64,000 nt of DNA from Bacilli bacterium (GTDB lineage Bacteria > Bacillota_I > Bacilli_A > RF39 > UBA660), in assembly GCA_017511375.1 (NCBI GenBank), contig JAFWKJ010000018.1, positions 1,312-65,311 on the forward strand, read 5' to 3'. Shown here in pieces: positions 58,518 through 64,000 of this stretch. A program made the translations under genes and the position numbers. Within the stretch, counting starts at the first letter, position 1. Every line of letters starts with the position of its first letter. Below the pieces are notes generated by a model, which searched no databases, was not told the DNA's origin, and worked only from the letters and a program-made list of their open reading frames with translations.

Positions 58518-59222
58518 ATGAAAAAAACTTTGGAAAATAAAATATTAGAGTTTAATACCTATCTATCTAGAATAAGAATAGAATTACCTAAAGAGTATAA
58601 AATTATTAATCCTTTTAATGGATCAAACAAAGAAAAAATAAATGATATTACCAAAAAGTTTTATCATAAGTTTTATAATGATAATAAAAAAAGAATTCTA
58701 ATTCTAGGCAGTTCTCCAGCAAGGAGAGGAACTGCTGCTACAGGAATACCTTTTGAAGATAATGAGCACTTATATAAAACTACAGGAATATCTATAGATG
58801 ATTTTTATATAAACAAATCGTCTTCTAATTTTTTATATGAAGTTATAGATAAATATGGTGGAAGCGATAGATTTTATTCTATATTCTACATGAATTTTAT
58901 TTGCCCTTTAGGGATAGTAAGAACTAGTGATAAGGGTAATGAAGTTAATTGTAATTACTATGAGAATAAAGAATTACTAAAAGCATTATATCCATTTATT
59001 GTAGAGTCATTAAAAAAACAAATAGAATTAGGAATAGATACTTCAATAGTGTATTGTATTGGTAGTGGAGAGAATTATAAATTTTTAAATGATTTAAATA
59101 ATAAATTGCATCTATTTAAAAAAATAATCCCATTAGAGCATCCAAGGTATATAATGCAATATAATTCAAATAAAAAAGAAGAATATATAAAAAAATATAT
59201 AGAATTATTAAAGGAGGAATAA
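58518..59222 (+). CDS. DUF4918/SMUG2-like uracil-DNA glycosylase superfamily protein
   Basis: NPF, FY.KFYND...R.LILG..P.R.G...TGIPF.D, CPLG, N.NYY and LEHPRYIMQY motifs. Confidence 0.88.
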   Translation: MKKTLENKILEFNTYLSRIRIELPKEYKIINPFNGSNKEKINDITKKFYHKFYNDNKKRILILGSSPARRGTAATGIPFEDNEHLYKTTGISIDDFYINKSSSNFLYEVIDKYGGSDRFYSIFYMNFICPLGIVRTSDKGNEVNCNYYENKELLKALYPFIVESLKKQIELGIDTSIVYCIGSGENYKFLNDLNNKLHLFKKIIPLEHPRYIMQYNSNKKEEYIKKYIELLKEE

Positions 59223-59225
59223 TTT

Positions 59226-59666
59226 ATGGAAAAACAATATGAATTTTTTATAGCAGGTAAATTTAGAAATAAAGATAATATTTTGAAGATTTGTGATATT
59301 TTTGATAAATATAATATTTCTTATTATTGCTTTTTAAAAAGTGAAAATTCAATGATGAATTATGGTGATAAAAATCAAACACAAGAAGAGAAAATGAAAG
59401 AGTTTGAAAGTCTAGGATTAAAAAGCGATGCTGTTTTAAGAATATTTAATGAGGATATAGAAGCGCAAAGAAATTCAAATAATTTTTTATTGGTTTTACC
59501 AGCAGGTAAATCAGGACATATAGAAGCTGGAATATCTTATGGTATGAATAGAAAATGTTATGCGATAGGAGAATATGATGCGACAGATTCACTATATAAC
59601 ATTTTTGAAAAAATATTTGAAGATAATAGTCAATTAGAAGAATTTTTAAAAAATTATAATAACTAA
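59226..59666 (+). CDS. Nucleoside 2'-deoxyribosyltransferase/DNPH1-like N-glycosidase
   Basis: FFIAG, F..D..A...S, and LPAGKSGHIEAG.SYG with catalytic Glu; AAGGAGG RBS, 3 nt after the upstream stop. Confidence 0.75.
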   Translation: MEKQYEFFIAGKFRNKDNILKICDIFDKYNISYYCFLKSENSMMNYGDKNQTQEEKMKEFESLGLKSDAVLRIFNEDIEAQRNSNNFLLVLPAGKSGHIEAGISYGMNRKCYAIGEYDATDSLYNIFEKIFEDNSQLEEFLKNYNN

Positions 59667-59678
59667 AATGTATACAAG

Positions 59679-59703
59679 AAAAAAGAAGCATGGCTTCTTT
59701 TTT
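59679..59703. terminator. Bidirectional terminator between the cassette and spoIVA
   Basis: AAAAAAGAAGC-ATG-GCTTCTTTTTT. Confidence 0.75.
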
Positions 59704-61177
59704 ATATTACTAAAGTAATTACGTTGTTACTTCCTTTATTGATTACTTTTGTGAGTGTATTTTGTAGTTTGAATCTTATGTTTTCTGGCATAAGATTTAT
59801 TTTGGATTGGATTCCTTCTTGTACGATGGAATCTAGACTTCTTCCAAATATTTCACTTTTCCAGATTTCCTTTGGATTTTTATCTTGATCTTTTGTGATA
59901 TAATCGATTAGCTCTTTGGATTGAACTTCACTTCCAATGATTGGTTCAAAGGTAGATTCAACGTCTACTCTTATCATATGAATAGATGGGGCTACAGCTT
60001 TTAGTTTAATTCCGTATCTTGATCCTTGTTTAATTACTTCTGGACTATCTAATTTCATATCTTCTATAGAAGGGGTAGCGATTCCATAACCTGTTTGTTT
60101 TACCATATTTAGAGCATATTTGATGGAGTCATATTCTTTTTTCGCAATACTATATTCTTGGAATAGGGATAATAAATCTACTTTTGTTTTTATATCCTTA
60201 TTGACTAATTCTTTTAATGTTTCTTGGTAGAGTTTTTCAGGAGCTGATAAATTGATTGTGATGCTTCCTGTGGATGTGTCTACTTCTGATAAATAACATT
60301 TTTTAATATATTCATTTGTTTGAAATGCTTCGGTTATTTTTTCTACATCTCGTATTTTATCAATTTCTATGATACTTTCTTTCATAGATTGAATGTAGGC
60401 TTTTTTGACTTTATTATTTGGCTCTAATATAGATATCCATTCTGGCATATTTACTTTTATTTCAAGTACTGGAAATTCATATAATGCTTCCTTTAAAATA
60501 TGATACATATCTTGTTCTGTCATAGATTCAATACTAATAGGTAATACAGGGGTCTGATATTTTTCTTCTAATTCTATTTTTAATTGTTCTGTTTCTGGAA
60601 GACTTGGATGTGTTGTATTTAAAATAATAATAAATGGCTTTCCTAAAGTTTTTAATTCTTCTACTACACGATTTTCTGCCTCTTCATAGTCTTTTCTTTC
60701 AAAGTCTCCAATAGAGCCATCTGTTGTGACTACGATTCCTATGGTAGAGTGTTCTTTAATGACTTTTTCTGTTCCTATTTCGGCGGCTTCTATAAAGGGG
60801 ATTTCTTCATTATACCAAGGGGTTTTCACCATACGTGGACCATTTTCATCTGTTGCGCCTATGGCGTTTTCTATCATATAACCCACGCAGTCTATTAGTT
60901 TTATATTACAAGTAAAATCATCTACTTTTATTTTTGCGGCATTGGTTGGGATAAATTTTGGTTCTGTGGTCATAATGGTTTTTCCTGATGCACTTTGTGG
61001 AATCTCATCTAAAGTTCTTTTTTGTTCATAAACGCTTTCCATATTCGGAATAATAAGTGTTTCAACCATTCTTTTAATAAAAGTTGATTTTCCTGTTCTA
61101 ACGGCACCTACTACTCCTAGATAAATATCTCCGCCACTTCTTTTGGCGATATTTTTTATGATGTCTTTTTTTTCCAT
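59702..61177 (-). CDS. spoIVA: Stage IV sporulation protein A
   Basis: GDIYLGVVGAVRTGKSTFIKR, IMTTEPKF, DCVGY, HSTIG.V.TTDGS and APSIH motifs; upstream sigmaE-like CATATAGT. Confidence 0.98.
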   Translation of the reverse strand: MEKKDIIKNIAKRSGGDIYLGVVGAVRTGKSTFIKRMVETLIIPNMESVYEQKRTLDEIPQSASGKTIMTTEPKFIPTNAAKIKVDDFTCNIKLIDCVGYMIENAIGATDENGPRMVKTPWYNEEIPFIEAAEIGTEKVIKEHSTIGIVVTTDGSIGDFERKDYEEAENRVVEELKTLGKPFIIILNTTHPSLPETEQLKIELEEKYQTPVLPISIESMTEQDMYHILKEALYEFPVLEIKVNMPEWISILEPNNKVKKAYIQSMKESIIEIDKIRDVEKITEAFQTNEYIKKCYLSEVDTSTGSITINLSAPEKLYQETLKELVNKDIKTKVDLLSLFQEYSIAKKEYDSIKYALNMVKQTGYGIATPSIEDMKLDSPEVIKQGSRYGIKLKAVAPSIHMIRVDVESTFEPIIGSEVQSKELIDYITKDQDKNPKEIWKSEIFGRSLDSIVQEGIQSKINLMPENIRFKLQNTLTKVINKGSNNVITLVI

Positions 61178-61228
61178 ACCTAATCTCCTTATTTCAATTA
61201 ACTATATGTTTATAAAATAAAAAAAGAA

Positions 61229-62194
61229 CTAAAAGTTCTTTTGAAAATGTATACTATTGAGTATTTCCTTTTTATCTTTTTTACAAGCGTCTTTCTTATA
61301 GGCGTCAAACGTAAGGATGTATAAGATTTCTTGTTCTTTTTTTATATACAAGTCTTTTGTTGTATCGTTAGATTCCAGTTGAATGCTTAACCAGGTATTC
61401 TCTTGATATTGGACTTCTTTTTTCTCTTTTTCTTTCCAATGATAGTAGTTCTCTTGGTTTCTTGTGTAATACTCTTCTTCTGATAGGTTTGTTTTTTCTC
61501 CGGTTATAGTTATAAAACAAGTTCCTTGTTTGGAATCTTTAAAATGTTGATAATTATTATGATTGGCTGTTTCTTGTACCGTAGAGGGGATTTTATAGGC
61601 CATATTATAAATTGTATAATGATCCTTATCTTGTTTTTTTGGGGATAGACTCATTTTAGTTATCCCTATGAGTGCTACATACATTATTAATAAGGGTATT
61701 ATTTTAATTAGAGAAAGGGGTTTTCCTGCTTCTCTACATTTTTCGATGATTGTTTTTGAATCTTTATACTTCTTTTTAATTCTTCCTACTCGTTTTTTTA
61801 TTTCTTGATAGTAATAATCATTGATTTCAAAGCCTAATAAAATATTTAGAACTAAACGGATAAGGATACCTAATCCTTCTGATAAATAAATATATGTCAT
61901 GATATAGATTAGTGAAATGAAAAAAGCTTGTTTATACATTTTTTTATAAATTAGATAAAAAGGTCCAAAAATGGCAGCATAGATAGAAAAATGACCGGTC
62001 ATTATCTCTGTATTATCTCCTAGACAGGCTCTTATATATTGGTCATCTGCTCGCTCTATATCTTTCTTCTCTTTCTTCTTAGATGAAAAAGAACTCCATT
62101 CGGATGTATTCCTTGTGGAGTTTATTTTTGTTCCGCAATGACTGCAGTATTTTATATCTTTATTTAGTTTTGTATGACATTTTGGACATACCAT
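61229..62194 (-). CDS. Zinc-ribbon / DUF2628-like membrane protein
   Basis: CPKC...CSHCG; F...A..FGPFY..Y.KMY motif; several TMs plus extracellular domain. Confidence 0.75.
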   Translation of the reverse strand: MVCPKCHTKLNKDIKYCSHCGTKINSTRNTSEWSSFSSKKKEKKDIERADDQYIRACLGDNTEIMTGHFSIYAAIFGPFYLIYKKMYKQAFFISLIYIMTYIYLSEGLGILIRLVLNILLGFEINDYYYQEIKKRVGRIKKKYKDSKTIIEKCREAGKPLSLIKIIPLLIMYVALIGITKMSLSPKKQDKDHYTIYNMAYKIPSTVQETANHNNYQHFKDSKQGTCFITITGEKTNLSEEEYYTRNQENYYHWKEKEKKEVQYQENTWLSIQLESNDTTKDLYIKKEQEILYILTFDAYKKDACKKDKKEILNSIHFQKNF

Positions 62195-62197
62195 TTT

Positions 62198-63637
62198 TTA
62201 ACCTCTCTTTGGAGCAATTTGTTTCATGATTATCTCAATATGACAATTATTTGATTCTAATTCTTTAATGATATCAATATCTTCTGGAGCGATTTCTTCA
62301 TAGATTTCTTTGTTTACCATAATTCTATGAGGGTTTTCTACATAGAAACCTAATTTAGATATCATATCGTGAGAAACAAATAATTGACCATTATTATTAC
62401 ATACAATTACTTTATATTCTGCCTTTTCTGTGAGATATACATTGGCGATGATTGGTTCTTTTGCATAGGATTGAATTTCCTCATAATTAATTTCTCTACA
62501 TGGTTTATTCAAGATAGTAATTGTTGCATCTTCTCTTGAAGTTGGTATGTATAAGTTTGCTGTTTTCGTATCTCGATAAACGATTGTTGGTTTATCAATG
62601 ACCTCTTTTATGATGTCGTCGTCGCCTAAAACTTTTTTGACTATGTCTTCATCATTTAGAACAGATTTTATGATGTCGTCGTCTCCTAGAACTTTTCTAA
62701 TTGTTTCTTCATCGTTTAAAACACTTTTAATAATATCATCATCCCCTAATACAGGCATAATTCTGTCTATATAAGGTTTAATATTATCTTTTACTTTGCT
62801 GTCATCATAAGTTTTTGCGTGAGCAAATAAATTCATTCTTTTTTGGATATCATATAATTTCTGAATGGTTTCTTCTATATCTTTTTTATCTGGAAATTCT
62901 TTCATACGGGCATAAATGTTTGTGCTTGGTCTCATTAAGAATTCTACACTACGATAATGAAGAGCTTCTTCTGCGTCTTTTAGTTGGTTTTCTGTTATGG
63001 AATAACAGTTTTTGTTATCTATAATCTTTGGTTCTCCTTCGATTTCCAAATCTGAGTTTTTTAATAAATCATATATATCTCTTGTGACGTAGCTTTTATT
63101 TGATTCATGATCTTTATATAGTACAAAAAGATATTCTGCTGGTTTCATTTCATCTGGCAATTCTATTTCTACGTAGTTTCTTTTTAGTCTTACTTTTTCT
63201 CTAGCAGATAGGTTTTCTATTTCTTCTAAGTTATCTTCTGTTACTTGGCAGAAAGTTGTACCATTTATCATTCTCTTTGATTGAGGAGTTATTCCATATT
63301 TTGTACAGGTATTATCTGAAATGTATAAGATTCGATTATGATTAATATCTACATATACAGTAAAAGATAAAACTAATTGTAAATCAAAGATCTTAATAAT
63401 GTTTGGAATAAGGACTTTAGAGCTATTTTGTGTTTCCATTTTTATGGTTTCTAAATCGGCTTCATTTACTTGATAACAAGTTTGATCCTTTATTTGTTTA
63501 ATATCATTTTGATTTCCTACATGGTATTGTTTACATAATTCTTCACTAATATACAATCCTGTAGCTTGCTTATAAACATTAAAATATACCCTGGTTTGAT
63601 CCATAAAGCTCTCTTCCCCTTTTACTTCTTCTTTCAT
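62198..63637 (-). CDS. Hypothetical protein with five repeated domains and a 10/20-aa tandem repeat
   Basis: 479 aa ORF, GGAG RBS; recurring VY.D....LYI...I....CY.V.E..L..I units. Confidence 0.75.
   Translation of the reverse strand: MKEEVKGEESFMDQTRVYFNVYKQATGLYISEELCKQYHVGNQNDIKQIKDQTCYQVNEADLETIKMETQNSSKVLIPNIIKIFDLQLVLSFTVYVDINHNRILYISDNTCTKYGITPQSKRMINGTTFCQVTEDNLEEIENLSAREKVRLKRNYVEIELPDEMKPAEYLFVLYKDHESNKSYVTRDIYDLLKNSDLEIEGEPKIIDNKNCYSITENQLKDAEEALHYRSVEFLMRPSTNIYARMKEFPDKKDIEETIQKLYDIQKRMNLFAHAKTYDDSKVKDNIKPYIDRIMPVLGDDDIIKSVLNDEETIRKVLGDDDIIKSVLNDEDIVKKVLGDDDIIKEVIDKPTIVYRDTKTANLYIPTSREDATITILNKPCREINYEEIQSYAKEPIIANVYLTEKAEYKVIVCNNNGQLFVSHDMISKLGFYVENPHRIMVNKEIYEEIAPEDIDIIKELESNNCHIEIIMKQIAPKRG
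62606..62752. repeat. Intragenic tandem repeat, 60-bp period (about 2.5 copies)
   Basis: TTTTATGATGTCGTCGTC at 62606 and 62666, diverged copy near 62726; encodes VLGDDDIIKSVLNDE. Confidence 0.85.
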
Positions 63638-63697
63638 CTTTATACACTCCTACTATTTACTATTATATAATAAAAAAGGCTAAATAAATAGTCTTTT

Positions 63698-63937
63698 TTA
63701 AAACATTTTTTCAATATTTTTTGGTACTTTATCGTTTAAGATGGCCGTGACAATTTTATCTGCTTTTTCTTTAGGAACTTCTTTTCCTGTCATCTGACTT
63801 AGTTCTTTGATTATTTCTCGTATTGTTTTTTCATCTTTTAAGTTGTTTTTTTGTAGTTTATTAGCTAAAGAAAGAATGGTATCTTTTTTTATATTTGTTT
63901 TCTTTTCTATGGAGTTAAATAAATTATCCTTTAACAT
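63698..63937 (-). CDS. spoVIF: Stage VI sporulation protein F
   Basis: F..IEKKT.I....I..LA..LQ..NL.DEKT.R.II......GK.V.KE..D.IV.AI signature; AGGAGG RBS supports ATG 63937. Confidence 0.88.
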   Translation of the reverse strand: MLKDNLFNSIEKKTNIKKDTILSLANKLQKNNLKDEKTIREIIKELSQMTGKEVPKEKADKIVTAILNDKVPKNIEKMF

Positions 63938-64000
63938 AAAACCTCCTATCATATTTTATGTTAGGAGGTTTCTATTTATTTTGTTTTTCCCATTTTAGAA

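Larger units (their letters stand above)
58356..59780. mobile_element. Integrase-less two-gene islet inserted at the spoIVA 3' end
   Basis: Flanked by the 79-bp imperfect direct repeat; A-rich/ATA-rich coding unlike neighbouring + strand genes; own promoter (TGATATAAT) and terminator. Confidence 0.75.

Noticed and set aside
62606-62752. Regularly spaced repeat resembling a CRISPR array
   Set aside because: The intervening sequences are also homologous, the period is a multiple of 3 inside a CDS, and there are no cas genes.
1885-63998. Many short ORF-track entries antisense or off-frame inside long genes (e.g. 1885, 6762, 10700, 26079, 32504, 43256, 45328, 53413, 63807)
   Set aside because: Shadows of well-supported genes, with no RBS or recognisable motifs.

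Overview
Low-GC, gene-dense chromosomal segment of a spore-forming member of Bacilli, using standard code 11 with most genes on the + strand. The gene set suggests a genome-reduced gut lineage such as RF39 (inference). The backbone is a compacted version of the Bacillus subtilis gene order: secG-rnr-smpB-ssrA, cdaA-cdaR, ytqA, leuS, cse60, murJ, trmB, ytxG/H, tyrS, rpsD, ezrA, thiI, ssp, ackA, nrnA and ysxC. It also carries sporulation genes (spoIVA, spoVIF, ydcC, Coat F pair, SASP) with matching sigmaE/G/K-like promoters, a tmRNA, two T-box riboswitches and an S4 leader. The main unexplained signal is a ~1.3 kb integrase-less cassette (SMUG2/DUF4918-type DNA glycosylase plus an NDT/DNPH1-type nucleotide N-glycosidase). 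It is bracketed by two diverged in-frame copies of the last 79 bp of spoIVA, and the homology ends exactly at a 9-8-9 bp dyad, making it a candidate mobile modified-base defence module. Other oddities are a Leu T-box whose terminator appears to enclose the antiterminator, passenger genes behind both T-boxes, an orphan WXG100 pair, duplicated RNase R and acetate kinase, an unannotated 51-aa ORF, an RBS-occluding hairpin at spoVIF and a protein of five repeated domains. All family calls come from motif recognition by eye; no searches were run.
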